From: an uncultured delta proteobacterium
Lineage (GTDB): Bacteria > Desulfobacterota > RBG-13-43-22
DNA: 64,000 nucleotides
Direction of reading: 5' to 3'
Assembly (NCBI GenBank): GCA_963743305.1
Contig: CAVUPH010000014.1
Location: forward strand, 224,001-288,000
The notes beneath the pieces are model-generated. The model was not told the DNA's origin. It saw only the letters and a list, made by a program, of their open reading frames with translations, and ran no database searches. Below are positions 48,801-61,727 of the stretch, in pieces. Positions within the stretch are counted from its first letter, which is position 1, and each line of letters begins with the position of its first letter. The translations under genes and the position numbers were made by a program.

Positions 48801-51800
48801 TGACGCTGACGCTCGGCAATCCGAATACGCACGTTTTGACGCTGCAATCGGCCCTTTCCGACAATCTGCCCGGCATCATTAAAGTAGCGAATCCGCCGTC
48901 CGTCGGCGGCACCTGCCCAGGCGCCGTCACCGCGGTTGCGGGCGCGGGGACCATTACCTACGCCAGTGGGGCGACTATCCCGAGCGGAGGATGCACCATC
49001 ACCGTGAATGTGGCCGGCTCAACAGCCGGCTTCTACACCAACACGATTTCGTCCGGAGGGCTCGTCACCGAGGCAGGAATCAATGCCGCGGCTGCCACAG
49101 ACACGCTTACTGTTGCCTCACCCTCTATGACCAAAGTCGATCACCAGCGTGAGTCCCGGTCCGAATTCGCCTAATGCCACGGTCGGAGATACGGTAACCT
49201 ATTCCATCCAGGTGACCCTCCCGGAGGTGAGCGCCCCGGGGCTGGTCTTGACCGACACGCTTCCGGCGGGATATCAGTATGTCAACGGATCGGTGAGCGT
49301 CGTGTTGGGCTCGTTCAACGGTACGGTGACGCCGACGCCGACGGTGACACCTTCCGGCTTCGCCCACTCGGGGCAGACCGTAACCATCGATTTCGGTGAC
49401 GTTACGGTAAACACCGATGGCAACTCTTCGAATAACACCTTCGGCGTCACCCTCCAGGCATTGGTAATCGATGATTCCGCCAACGCCGCCCTCGCTTCGG
49501 CCCAGACCAAGCCCAATAGCGTCAGCCTGAACTACACCGGGAAGCCGGCGGGTGCGATCTCCGCGTCGGTGAACCAACCAATTCAGGAGCCACGGCTGAC
49601 CATCACCAAGGGCATGGCCCCGGCCAGCCCTGACGCCGGAACTACCGTAACCGTGACCCTGACCGTCAACAACACCGGCACCGCACCGGCCTATGGCGTT
49701 GTCGTCACCGACGACCTCTCCGCCATGACCCCGGAATCGCCCTTCGATCTGGCTACCGTAGCGGAACTTTCCACCCCTGCGGGTTTTACCTACAGTTTTG
49801 CCGCCAATACCGTTTCCTATACCGCCAACGCCTCCCAGACGATTGCCGCGGGGGGCTCCAAGGTGTTTACCTTTACGGCGATCGTAAAAAACACGGTCGT
49901 GACCGGTATTACCTACACCAACAATGTCTCGGTCACCGGCGACGGACAGGACGGGGCGGTAAACCCCCAGCGCGTCACTTCCCAGAACAACAGCGCCACG
50001 CTTTCTTCGGCGGCCTCTTCGGTGAGCAAGGTACTGACCACCACCTCGGAGACTGATACCGGCAACCCCAATGTGGCGGTCGGCGAGGTCGTCACTTGGA
50101 CCGCGACCTTTACCATCCCCGAGGGTGTGACCAAAAATGTGATCTTGGCCGATGTCCTGCCTGCAGGATTGACCTATCTGACCGGCTCGGCCACGCTGCA
50201 GAAGACCACGGCCAGCCTGTTCTGTTCGGATGGCGGGCCAATTGCAGCTGCCATCAATGGCGCCGTCGCCAATACCCCCGTTGCCGTGACCATGAGCGGA
50301 TCGACCGGGGAGATCCAGGTGGCCCTCGGCGACGTGACGAACTCGGCCAATGATCCGGCCAATGAGCAATACATCCTCGTCCTGCAGTCGGTCGTCGAGA
50401 ACAGCGCCGGGAACAACGCCGGCACCGTCCTCACTAACCTGGGAAGGCTTCGCTACGATAACTATACCGGCAACCAGCAGACCGTCACATCGACCAACCA
50501 GAACGTCACCGTCGTGGAACCCGCGATCACCATCAACAAGACTGTGAACCCCGCCGCCGCGGGTGGTGGCGACACCGTTACCTACACCCTCGTAGTAACG
50601 AACACCGGCGGGGCAAACCGCGCGCCGGCCTACGACCTGGTCATTACCGATCTGCTGCCGGCCGATCTGAACACACCGGCCATCGCCTGCCCCGGGGCGG
50701 GTTGCAACGCCGGCGCGACCGGCGCGACCCTGACCGCATCCTTTGGCGGCGAACACCCTGAATGCCACCATCGACCAACTCGATCCTGGTGAAGTGGCAA
50801 CCTTCACCTATACGGCGAAGCTCAATGATTCTGTTGCCGTACGGCAAATCCATTACCAATACCGCTACCTATACGGCTACAAGCCTGCCCGGCACCAACG
50901 GCACAGGCGGGGTGACCCCCGGCACGGCCGGCAGCGGGACGGGAGAAAGGACCGGGACGGGCGGCCTAAACGACCTTGACCGGCTCCGACCCGGCGACGG
51001 TTACCGTCAATACGCCGACAATCTCTAAATCCGTTGTCGGCCTCAAGAGCTACTACGCCATCGGCGAGGCCGCCACCTACCGCGTTACCCTGCCAGTCCC
51101 GGTGGGAACATCCACCAATTTTACCCTAAGCGATACCATCCCGGCGAACCTCGCCTACCAAAGCGGCTCCCTGAATGTTACGCTCCCTACCGGGGCCACA
51201 GCGAGCAACAGTCCGCTGGCCGACACCAACCCCGCCTTCTTTACCCTCGCCGGAAATGTCCTGACGCTGCACTTCGGCACACTCACTGCGCCCACGGCGG
51301 GCAATGTGACGGTCGATTTCAATGCCGTTGTCCAGAATGTGATTGCCTCCCAGGACGGCACGACCTTTACCAATTCCGCCACCCTTGCCTTTGACAACCC
51401 CGCCGGCGGCACGATCACGGTCGGCCCGGTAACGAACAACCAGGTGCGGGTAGGCGAGCCGAACCTTACCCTGGCCAAGGCCATAAGCGCTGGATCGGCC
51501 GGTTCAGACGCCGGCAACACCGTCTCGTGGCGTATCGACCTCCAAAACACCGGCCACACCACGGCCTATCAGGTCAACTGGAGCGATGTGCTGCCGGATG
51601 GTCTGTATCAGATCACCAATGTGGGGCTTTCGATCAGCGGTCAGGTCTACCTGAACGGGACTACGACCGCGCCGGTGGTGGGCGATGCTACGGTGAGCAC
51701 CACCACGCACACCCATGACACCTTAACGCTCAACCCGGTGCAGATCGATACGGGCGCGTCGCTGACCCTCACCTTTGATACCGTCGTAATGGATACGGTC

Positions 51801-54800
51801 AGCCCCGGTCAGGTCACCAACAACACTACTGCCGCCACTTACACCAGCCTGGTGAACGGCGGCAGAGACGGCTCCGGCGGCGGAGACGATGATGTCAATG
51901 ACCGCCTGAATAACTACCGAGAATCGGCGAGCCAAGCCCTGACCATTTCCTCAGCCATTGCGGTCAACAAGACCGTCTCTCCCGACAAATACACTATCGG
52001 ACAGGACCTGACCTATACCATTCGAGTCAGCATGATCGAAGGCACGATCCCGAACCTGGTGGTTACGGATACGCTCCCTGCCGGACTGACCTACCAGAGC
52101 CATTCCCTATCGGTCGGCCATATGGGAATTACTATTGGAAACGGTTCGTATAACACCCGCCTCGGGTCCGGGCAGACGGTCCAGTTCGACTTCGGGACGG
52201 TGACCAACCCGGCCAACGGCTCCGCTTCCGATGACTATATCGATCTGCAGATCACGGCCCGGGTCGACAACCTCTTGGCCAATCAAAACAACACGGTCCT
52301 TCGGAATGGTGAGCAGGCCGCGGGTTCATTGCTTACGGTCCAGTACGGCAGCGGCCCGATAACGGTGACCTACGACCACGACGCCGGCACCCCGGGGGTC
52401 CAGGGCCTGCCCATAACGGTTATTGAACCGGCCCTGAGCCTTTCGAAGGTTTCAACGCCGCTGACACAGAGCCTCGGCGACGTGGTGACTTATACCGTGA
52501 CGGTCCAGCACACCGGCGCCAGCACGGCCGATGCCTTTGAGATCGTGATCGACGATCTCCTTCCGGTTGGGTTGACCTACGTCCCCGGCTCGGCCTCCCT
52601 ACCGGGCTCGGATGTAACCGTGGCGGGCCAGAGTCTGCAGTTCCGGTATGCCTCCCTAACCTTGGTTGAAGGCAGCAAGTCTTTCACCTATCAGGCCAGA
52701 ATCAATATCAGCGCTCCGGTGGGCCAGACCCTGACCAATAACGCGACCATGACCTGGAAGAGCCTGACCGGTTCCGACGGTACCGCGCACAGCGGCCGGA
52801 CCGGCAGCGACGGCGCGAGCGGGCTCAATGACTATCAAATGACGGCTGCCGCCAATGTGACGGTCAATGAAGCCGCGATCATCAGCGCCGTTAAGACCGT
52901 AACCGACCTCAACGGCGGGATTTTGCTCTCCGGGGAGACCCTGGAGTACACCATAGTCTTAACCGACAACAACGGACCGCTGACGAATGTGGTCTTTACC
53001 GATTCGCTGCCGGGTAATACCGCTTATCTCGGCAATCTTACGACCACCAAAGGAACGGCCAACTTCGGCGGCAACGCGGTGACCGTCACTGTCGGGTCTA
53101 TGGCCCCCGCCGAAACCGTGACGATCCGGTTCCGCGTTACGGTGAACGACGACCTGCCCGACGGGACGGTGATCTCCAACCAGGGCCGCGTGGACTCCGA
53201 CCAGACCGTGCCGACACCGACCGATGCGGACGGGATTCCGGAAAATGGCTATCAGCCCACGACGATTGTGGTCAGCGGACCGCCGGCGCTGCAAAACGCA
53301 CTTTATGTAGAGAAGATTGTTTCCTGGGTCAATGATGCCGACTCCAGCGGAAGTATCACGCCCGGGGACCGGATGCGCTATACCCTGATCTTCCACAACC
53401 TTGGACAACAGACGCTGACCAACGTCGGTCTGAGCGACACGATACCGGCCAACCTCGCCTACGTGGGGGGCAGCGCAGCCGCCGGCAGCGGGAGCCTAAC
53501 CGTTGTCGGTGCAGCGGTATCGGTCAGCGGCCTTACGCTTCCGGTGTCGGGCATATCCACCGCCCAGTTTGATGTTACGGTAGGAGCTGCCGGGACCTAC
53601 ACCAACCAGGGCACGGCTACCTCGGATCAGACCGGCAGCCTGAAGACCGACAGCAACGGGGACCCCACCGACGGCAACCAGCCGACCACCTTCATCGCCG
53701 TGGCCTCAGGCGGAGGGACGCCCCTGGTCGACGTGCAAAAACGCTGGCAGCTCGCGGTCGATCTTAACGGTGACGGCCTGATGAATCCTGGCGATACCAT
53801 CGGCTACACGATCACTGTTCGAAATACGGGCTCGGCCGCCGCCACGAATGTCCGGCTGGCCGATTCCATACCGGCCTTCACGACAGTCGTAGCCGGATCG
53901 GCCCTGACCAGCCAGGGCGTTATCCTTAGCGAAATCCCGTTAGGCGTCAATATCGGCACCGTGAACCCCGGAGGACTCGTAACGGTCTCTTTTGCGGCAA
54001 CGGTGGACAGCGGCTCACCTGCCTGCACAATCATCGCCAACCAGGCGACGGTAACGGGCGGGAACTTCTCGTCCCTGGCGAGCGACGACAACGGTGACCC
54101 CGGTGACGGATTAAACCCAACCCTCACCCCCGTGGCTTGCTCGTCCGTAGGCCTGGCAAAAGTCCTCTCGACCACGAGTGAGTCTGGAAGCTCAGGCAGC
54201 AACCTCATGATCGGGGAGGTGGCCACCTACCAGATCACCTTAGACCTCCCCGCCGGAATAACGCGGGAGGTGACCCTGAACGACACGCTCCCGGCCGGCA
54301 TGAGCTATCTGCCCGCCAGCGCCCGCCTCAAGCGGATTTTGGATACCGGACTAGAGGCTTCGGCTAATCCCGGGAATATCAACGCCGCCGCCGCCGGCGC
54401 GTTCATGGCCCTCACGGACGGTACGGAGATAGCGGTGAGCGGCCAGACGATCAGCCTTTACCTGGGCGATGTCATCAATTCCGATAACGACGCCAATGCC
54501 GAAGGCTATACCCTGGAGCTGAAGGCCCTGGTGCTCAATACGGGCGGCAACCAGGCGGGCACAGCGCTGATCAACCAGGGCGGAGCAAGCTATCGCAACG
54601 GTCTGTTGCAGCTCCAGAACCTTACGCCCGCAAGCCAGACGAGCACGGTCATCGAACCCCATGTCCAGATTACCAAGACAGCCACGCCTCCGGTCATCGC
54701 CACCGGCGGCGGGACTGTCGCCTTTGCGGTCATTGTAAGCAATCCGGCCGGTGCGAATGTGGCCGCCGGCTACGATTTGCGCATCACCGATGCACTTCCG

Positions 54801-57800
54801 TCACAGTACGGCAGTTTGACTGTCGATTCGATCACGCCCTCCGCCGGCGTAACGGGCGTCGTGAATAATACCTCGGGCAGCACCCTTGACCTCACGGTCG
54901 ACGCCCTGCCTCCCGGAGAGCAGGTGGTGATCCAATACCACGCCGCTGCCGGGCCGCTGGCCGCGGGGACAACTATCACCAACACCGCCAACGTCACCTG
55001 GACGAGTCTGCCCGGGGCAAACGGAACCGGCGGCGCAACGCCGGGGAGCGCGGGATCGGGTACTGGCGAGCGCACCGGCGCGGGAAGCGGTGTGAATGAC
55101 TACACGGCTTCCTCTTCTGCCCTGGTGCTCGTTGCCAATGTGGCCCTGACGAAGGAACTCCTCGCCCCTCAACAACGCTATGCCATCGGCGATACGGTGC
55201 AGTACCGGGTGCAGATCACACTGCCGGAGAACAGCACCTACACTTCTACTTCGGTACAGGACATCCTGGTTGAGGGACTCTCCTACCGGATGGGGACATT
55301 AAGCGTTACCTATCCGGCAAACGTCACGTCCTCAATAAGCCCTGCCGACTTTACGCGGACCGACAATGCGCCATCGGCCGGGCAGGAGATCTTAAGCCTG
55401 AATTTCGGGACCCTGGCCAATGCCAATGCTACGCCACGGACGATCATTCTGTCCTATCAGGCCCTAGTGGACAATATCATTTCCAATCAAGACAACCAGA
55501 GTCTGACCAATAGTGTAACCCTCACCTTTACCGATCCCGGCACCGGCCTGCCTGACACCCGCACGGCAGGCACGACCCTAACAGTCGGCGAACCGCACCT
55601 GACCCTGGCCAAAGCGATCACGTCGCCGCTGGCCGGGCTCGATGCCGGAGACCCGGTTTCCTTCCAGGTGACGCTCGGCAACAACGGCACGATGACCGCT
55701 TATGAGACTGTCCTGACGGACATCCTGCCTGCTGGCCTGGTAAACCTAACGAATGTCCAGGTGGGCTCAGCGGGGGGCGCGCCCACGCCAAGTCTGACCA
55801 ATACCGGCTCGCAGTGGCAGAGCGCAGCCATAACGGTCCCCGTGGGCGGCACCGTGACGGTTACCTATGACGCCCATTTGGCCCCAACCGTAATACCGGG
55901 TCAGCAAATCCAGAATACCGTTACGGCCACCTTTACGAGCAGGAGCGGTTCCGATCCGAACGAACGGGACGGGAGTACCCCCGGTAGCCATGAAGATGAC
56001 AGCAATCTCAATAACTACAACGTTTCTGCCAATGCGCCGGTGATTACGGTCAAGGATCCCATAGCAATCACCAAGCAGTTCCATCCCGACGTGGCGAAGA
56101 CGACCTACACCATCGGCGAAAACGTGCGCTACCGGATTACGCTCTCGTTGGTCGAAGGGGTGGTGAACCAGGTGTCGGTTAGCGACACCCTGCCCGCGGG
56201 TCTCTCCTATGTCAGTTCCCTGGTGGGCGTCGGCACGACCCACATCACCTACAGCGGCAACGCCGCAGCGGCGGTCGCCGGTCAGACGCTCACCTTTGAC
56301 CTGGGCCAGGTGACAAACATCGCCGACGGCAACAGCGCCAACGACTTCATCACCATCGACCTAACGGCGAAGGTGATGAACGTCGCGGATAACCAGGACG
56401 GCACGGTCCTGGGCAACAACGCCCGACTGAGCTTTGCCGGCCCACTTGGCGGCAGCAGGTAGCCCGCGACTTTGACGCCGACATCAACACCTCGGGCATC
56501 CAACCGTTAAACCTGACGGTGATCGAACCAAACCTTCAACTTTTAAAGAGGGCCAACCCGACCTCCGTCTCCCTGGGAGACGAGACAACCTTCACCATCG
56601 TTGTCGACCACACCGCGACCAGCCGGGCCAATGCCTATGATATTGTGGTCACGGACACTCTTCCCTTGGGCTTGACCTATGTAGACGGCTCGGGGACGCT
56701 GACTCCGGTGGCAAGCGGTCAGACGCTCACCTTTACGATCGAGGCCTTGACCCTGGCGGCCGATCAGACCGCAATCAGCTTCCGAGCCAAAGTGGATCCG
56801 GCGTCCGTCGCCGGGATTGCCCTGACCAACCGGGCTGAAGCCACCTATACCTCTCTGGCGGGGAGCCGCCCGGACGAGCGAAACGGCACGGGAGGTCTCA
56901 ACGACTACACCGCTTCATCCTCTGCCACCCTAACCCCTTCGACGGCTTCAGCGATCGAGGCCGCCAAAACAGTGACCGACCTGAACGGCGGGCTGGTGAT
57001 GCCCGGGGATACCCTCGAATATACCGTGACCCTCACGAATACCGGGGGCAGCGCTCTGACCCAGATTCGGTTTACCGACCCGCTGCCGGCCTACACTACC
57101 TATGCCGGAAGCTTGACTACGACCAAAGGTAACGGATCTATGACCGGGGGCCTGATCACCGTTACTATCGACAACCTGGCCCCCGCAGAAACGGCCATTA
57201 TCCTCTTCCGGGTTACGGTCAACGGCAATAGCCTGTCAGGCACGGTCATCTCCAATCAGGGAACGGTGGACAGCGCCCAGACCGTCCCCCGACCGACTGA
57301 CAGCGACGGGGACCCGAACAACGGCTATCAACCCACGGAGGTGGTGGTGGGCGGTGTGTCTCCGCAAGAAACCCGACTTTACACCGAAAAATCGGTGGCG
57401 CTCTTAACCGATGCCGATGGCAACGGAAGTCTCAGCGTCGGAGATACCGTGCGGTATACGGTTACGCTGAGAAACACAGGAAATGTGTCGCTGACCCACG
57501 TGACCTTTAGCGACCCCATTCCGGCCGACCTTTCTTATGTCAGCGGGAGTGCTGAGATTACCCCGGAGGGGGTGGTCGAAGTGTTGGGTGCGAACCTGGC
57601 GGCCGGCGTGGCGTCCTTGGCGGCAGGCGAAGTGGCCGAAATCCGTTTCGATGTCACTATCGAAAAACCAGGTACCTTTACCAATCAAGGCATGGCGGCT
57701 TCGGATCAGACGGAATCCGCTTTGACCGACTCGGACGGCGCCCCGGAAAATGGGAGTCAGCCGACTCGGTTTAACGCGGTGGCCGCGAACGACGTGGGCG

Positions 57801-58543
57801 CTCCTTCTTTGGTCATGGAAAAGCTGGCGGTACTGACCGAGGATTTTAACGGCGACGGGCTGGTGAACCCGGGGGAAGCAATCACCTATATCATTACCCT
57901 GCAGAATATCGGTTCCAGCGCTGCCGAGGATGTCCGTTTAAGCGATCCTTCACCGACCTTGACCAACATGATCTCTGGTTCGGTGACCTCGACTCACGGG
58001 GTAGTCTTATCGGAAAATCCGGTGACGGTCAATATCGGTCAGCTCAACCCCGGGGAGATAGTCATCGTTCGATTCCGGGCACGCATCCGTGCCGACGTAC
58101 CCAACGGCTCCTCCGTGCTGAATACGGCTACGGTTTCTCAGGCCGGGGGCGAACCGCTTCAAGCTCAGCAAACCACCTTGGTTTTAAGCGCTCCGGTAGT
58201 GGTCGGCTCCTTATGCGGTTCCGTTTATAAGGATTGTGACCAGGACGCCACGCGAGATCCACTGGAACGGGGCCTCAGCGGGGTAACCGTTCATTTGTTC
58301 CGGGCCAATGGGACCTGGATCGCCACCGCCACCACCAATTTCCTGGGCGTCTATCGCTTTAACGGTGTGCCCGAGGGAACCTATACGGTTCAGGAGGTGG
58401 TCCCCCAGGGGTATCTCCCTTCTACCCCGAAGGAATTGTCTGTGTCGGTCATCGAAGGGGGAACGTCTACGTCCAGCTTCGGGGTCCAAACCCAGAATAG
58501 TCCCTGCCAAAGAAGAATCTATCTGCCGATCATTGTGAATTAA
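42856..58543 (+). CDS. Giant repetitive surface protein/adhesin (DUF11 and isopeptide-forming Ig-like repeats, C-term SdrD-B), split by about nine frameshifts
   Basis: Signal-like hydrophobic segment; repeats K.F.P....G.STLT.T..N...D.LP.G with Cys pairs, then K......GD.VTYT...D.LP.GL.Y...N; ends G.VY.D.D.D..RD..E.GLSGVTV.L; eight +1 and one -1 corrections give 5,227 codons. Confidence 0.85.
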
Positions 58544-58564
58544 GGAATGGCAGGCCCCGGGGGC

Positions 58565-58951
58565 TCACCCCCGGGGCCTGTAGGCCACGCAGTCGATCTC
58601 CACGGCCCCGCCCAGGGCAAGCTCCGCCTTTCCCACCGTAATCCGCGCCGGGGGATCCGTTCCCATGACCGCCAGGTAGGCCTGGTTCATCTCGCCAAAG
58701 GTCCCCATGTCGGCCAGGAAGACGTTGACCTTGACTACGTCTTCCAGCTCGGCCCCACAGGCCTTGAGGATCGTTTCGATATGCCGCAGGGTCTGGGTGG
58801 TCTGGGCCCCGGTTCCCCCCTCCACCAGCTCCAGGGTGTTGGGTTTGGTTCCCAGGATCCCGGAGACATAGATGAAATCTCCGGCCACCACCGCGTGGCA
58901 GAAAGCCGGCAGCCTGGCCAGCCCCTCCACGATAACTTTTTTTCCAGCCAT
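58565..58951 (-). CDS. RidA/YjgF family protein
   Basis: YVSG, VVKVNVFLADM..F.EMN..Y, PAR, VEID. Confidence 0.92.
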   Translation of the reverse strand: MAGKKVIVEGLARLPAFCHAVVAGDFIYVSGILGTKPNTLELVEGGTGAQTTQTLRHIETILKACGAELEDVVKVNVFLADMGTFGEMNQAYLAVMGTDPPARITVGKAELALGGAVEIDCVAYRPRG

Positions 58952-59026
58952 ACTATCTTCCTCCTTTGCTCTCGAGAAATTTTCGGAAATCAATCCTTTG
59001 CCGGACGAAACTCCGCCACTTCGGTT

Positions 59027-60511
59027 TCAGAATTCGGTGGTTGAGATTTCGTCGTCTTGATCATCCCTTTTTTTTTCACGGAAAAGCTTAAACGTCCGGA
59101 TCAATAAGGCCCAAGCGATCCAGGCGCAAAAAACGATTAAGGGGAGGGTGGCCCAGCGGGGCCAGAAGATCAAAAGCAGGGTGACGGTCAGTAGCAACAC
59201 CCCGGCCAGGCCGGTGATTCTGGCTTCCGCGGGGCCTAAGAGGCGGTGGTTGGTGATGGCCGCCCCCACGGTGCCGCTGAGCCGGATGGCCCGAATTCCC
59301 GCCCGTCCCACACTGCCTGAACTGAAGGGTCGGTCGGGGAAGCCTCGTCGCGGGGAAGCCGACGAAAGACGCACCTTTCCCCGCAAACTGATGACCACCT
59401 CCGTGGACGACCTCAAATCTTCCTCATACATATTTTCCATGGCCCGGGCGAAGGTTTGATCCTCCACGGCCACATCTAGTTCGTAATTACCCATCCAACT
59501 GGCGATATTCAGATTGGTGGAACCCACCCGGGCCCAACGGCCGTCGGCCACGGCTGTCTTGGCGTGAATCATGGGACCGTTCCATTCAAAAACCCGGACA
59601 CCGGCTTCCAATAAAGGCTGGTAGGCCGCCCTGGAAATTCCCCGCAGCAAGGGAATATCCGTGGCCCCGGGAAGCAGGAGGCGCACATCCACACCGTCCT
59701 GGGCGGCTGCCCGTAGGGCCTGGACGTACGAACTGGTCCCCATAAAATAGGCGTCGGTCAACCACAAGGTCTGCCGGGCCAGAGCGGCGATCAGCAGGTC
59801 CAAGCGGTAGAGGCCGGCCGTGGAGGGAACGGTGCCGATCACCCGCAGGGCGACGCTTCCGGCCGGCGGGATCCGGTCCGGAGGGGGGACCTCTTCGGGC
59901 GGCAAGGGTTCGCCCACGGTAGCCCAGACCTCGTCAAAGGATCGTTCCAGATCGACCAGGGCCGGACCGCGCACCTCCACGCCCGTATCCCGCCAGGGTT
60001 CAATCCCCTTTTCGGGTTCACCGGCCCACATCCGCCCTACGCATAAACCGGTGACAAAGGCAACACGACCGTCAACGGCGATCATCTTGCGGTGGTCCCG
60101 GGTGATCCAGCTCAGCGGGCTGTCCCAGTGAGGCGGATTGAAACAACGCACCTCCACACCCCTATCCCGCAGGTGCTTCCAGAATCGTCCGGAGGTCTTG
60201 CCGAAGCCGCCAACCCAGTCATAGAGGAGTCGGACTTTGACCCCTTCCCGGGCCTTGGCGGTCAATATTTCGGCGAATCGACGGCCGACTTCATCTTCGT
60301 GGATAAGGTAGCTCTCGAAATGGATGAACTTCCGCGCCGAAAGCAGGGCCTCTACCCAGGCCGGGTAATTTTCCCGAGCGTCCTTTAAAAGACGGAGGGC
60401 GTTTCCGCTAACCAGGGGAGCGCCGGCCGTCCGGGAGAGGACTTGCTCGGCCAATTGCCGGACAGGCAGCGTTGGTTCCCGGGATGACGGGGTGGGGTCC
60501 TTCGGATCCAT
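59027..60511 (-). CDS. Cardiolipin synthase (phospholipase D family)
   Basis: Two HKD motifs ([16 protein letters not shown]), WRDT, GSTN; two C-term TM helices. Confidence 0.92.
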   Translation of the reverse strand: MDPKDPTPSSREPTLPVRQLAEQVLSRTAGAPLVSGNALRLLKDARENYPAWVEALLSARKFIHFESYLIHEDEVGRRFAEILTAKAREGVKVRLLYDWVGGFGKTSGRFWKHLRDRGVEVRCFNPPHWDSPLSWITRDHRKMIAVDGRVAFVTGLCVGRMWAGEPEKGIEPWRDTGVEVRGPALVDLERSFDEVWATVGEPLPPEEVPPPDRIPPAGSVALRVIGTVPSTAGLYRLDLLIAALARQTLWLTDAYFMGTSSYVQALRAAAQDGVDVRLLLPGATDIPLLRGISRAAYQPLLEAGVRVFEWNGPMIHAKTAVADGRWARVGSTNLNIASWMGNYELDVAVEDQTFARAMENMYEEDLRSSTEVVISLRGKVRLSSASPRRGFPDRPFSSGSVGRAGIRAIRLSGTVGAAITNHRLLGPAEARITGLAGVLLLTVTLLLIFWPRWATLPLIVFCAWIAWALLIRTFKLFREKKRDDQDDEISTTEF

Positions 60512-60566
60512 ATAAATTCTATCTATCATAGGGCGGGTTAGGGGACCATCGTTTTCGCCAGTGATA

Positions 60567-61727
60567 TCAAGCCGTCTCCACCGTGCCCCGCAGGATCCGA
60601 ATCCGCAATCCTCCGTGAGATAACGATATCCCTTGATCAAAGCGCAGCCCGGTATTCCGAGTCAAGGGAAGACTCGAGCTAAGGAGAGCGACCTGCCAGC
60701 CCGGACACTTGGCTCGCAGGACCTTGCCGAATTGAGCATAGAGGTTCCTCAGGTCTTTTTGCCGGCTGACCCGAACTCCAAAAGGCGGATTGGTAACCAC
60801 CCAGCCGGGTCCCGCCGGCACCTCAATCGATGAAACGGCCCGGCAGGAAAATTCGATGAGGCGGCCCACCCCGGCCCTTTCGGCATTTTCCCGGGCGGTC
60901 TTAATGACCCCCTGATCCCGGTCCGATCCGCTGAGGCTGGGGGTAAAACCCTTCAACCCGGGGGCGGGGGTATTCAAAAGAGACTGCCATTTCCGGGCCT
61001 CAAAAGAGGGCCAGTTCATAAAGGCAAAGGGCCGGTTCAATCCCGGCGGAATGTTATAAGCCTGCAAGGCGGCTTCAATGGGGATGGTGCCGGAACCGCA
61101 AAAAGGGTCTATCAGGGGAGATGCCCCGTCCCATCCGGAGGCCAGGAGCAGTCCCGAAGCCAGGGTTTCTCTCAGCGGGGCCTTCCCTCCCGCCAGCCGG
61201 TATCCTCTTCGATGGAGCAACGATCCGGAAGAATCGAGACTGACGGTCACCTGGTCATTTACCACCCGGGCCATGATGATTTGCGGCCCTGGGAATGTTT
61301 CGTTTTCATCGCCCGACTGAACGGGGGGAAGTCGACCCAACCGGTCGGCAATGGCCCCGACCAGACGCTCGGCCACGGCCTTCTGATGATACAGACGGGA
61401 TTGGTGACAGGTGACCCGGAAAACCACCGGGCTCCCGGGTGGGAGTACCTCTTCCCAGGGAAGTTGACCGGCCTTGCGGCGCAGCTCGCTGAACGCGGCC
61501 GCGTGAAAAGTCCCGAAGCGGACCAATATCCGCTCGGCGGTCCGCAAATTAAGATTCGCCCGGTAGAGATCCGTCAGCTCCCCCGAAAAGGAAATCCCGC
61601 CGATCTCCTCATCGGCCGGGTGCTCCGGCGCTGAGGAACCCGGGTCGGGAGGAAAGAGACCCAGGGCCTCCAGCTCGTGTGCCGTAAAAGACTCTAATCC
61701 TGGAGTACAGACGGCGAAAAATTCCAT
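60567..61727 (-). CDS. THUMP-domain SAM-dependent RNA methyltransferase (RlmL-like)
   Basis: [34 protein letters not shown]. Confidence 0.92.
   Translation of the reverse strand: MEFFAVCTPGLESFTAHELEALGLFPPDPGSSAPEHPADEEIGGISFSGELTDLYRANLNLRTAERILVRFGTFHAAAFSELRRKAGQLPWEEVLPPGSPVVFRVTCHQSRLYHQKAVAERLVGAIADRLGRLPPVQSGDENETFPGPQIIMARVVNDQVTVSLDSSGSLLHRRGYRLAGGKAPLRETLASGLLLASGWDGASPLIDPFCGSGTIPIEAALQAYNIPPGLNRPFAFMNWPSFEARKWQSLLNTPAPGLKGFTPSLSGSDRDQGVIKTARENAERAGVGRLIEFSCRAVSSIEVPAGPGWVVTNPPFGVRVSRQKDLRNLYAQFGKVLRAKCPGWQVALLSSSLPLTRNTGLRFDQGISLSHGGLRIRILRGTVETA

Noticed and set aside
49125-50807. 560-aa minus-strand ORF and other long antisense ORFs (e.g. 43173-44123, 16004-16843, 27698-28534)
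   Set aside because: These are shadows of GC-rich coding strands, with no recognisable motifs.
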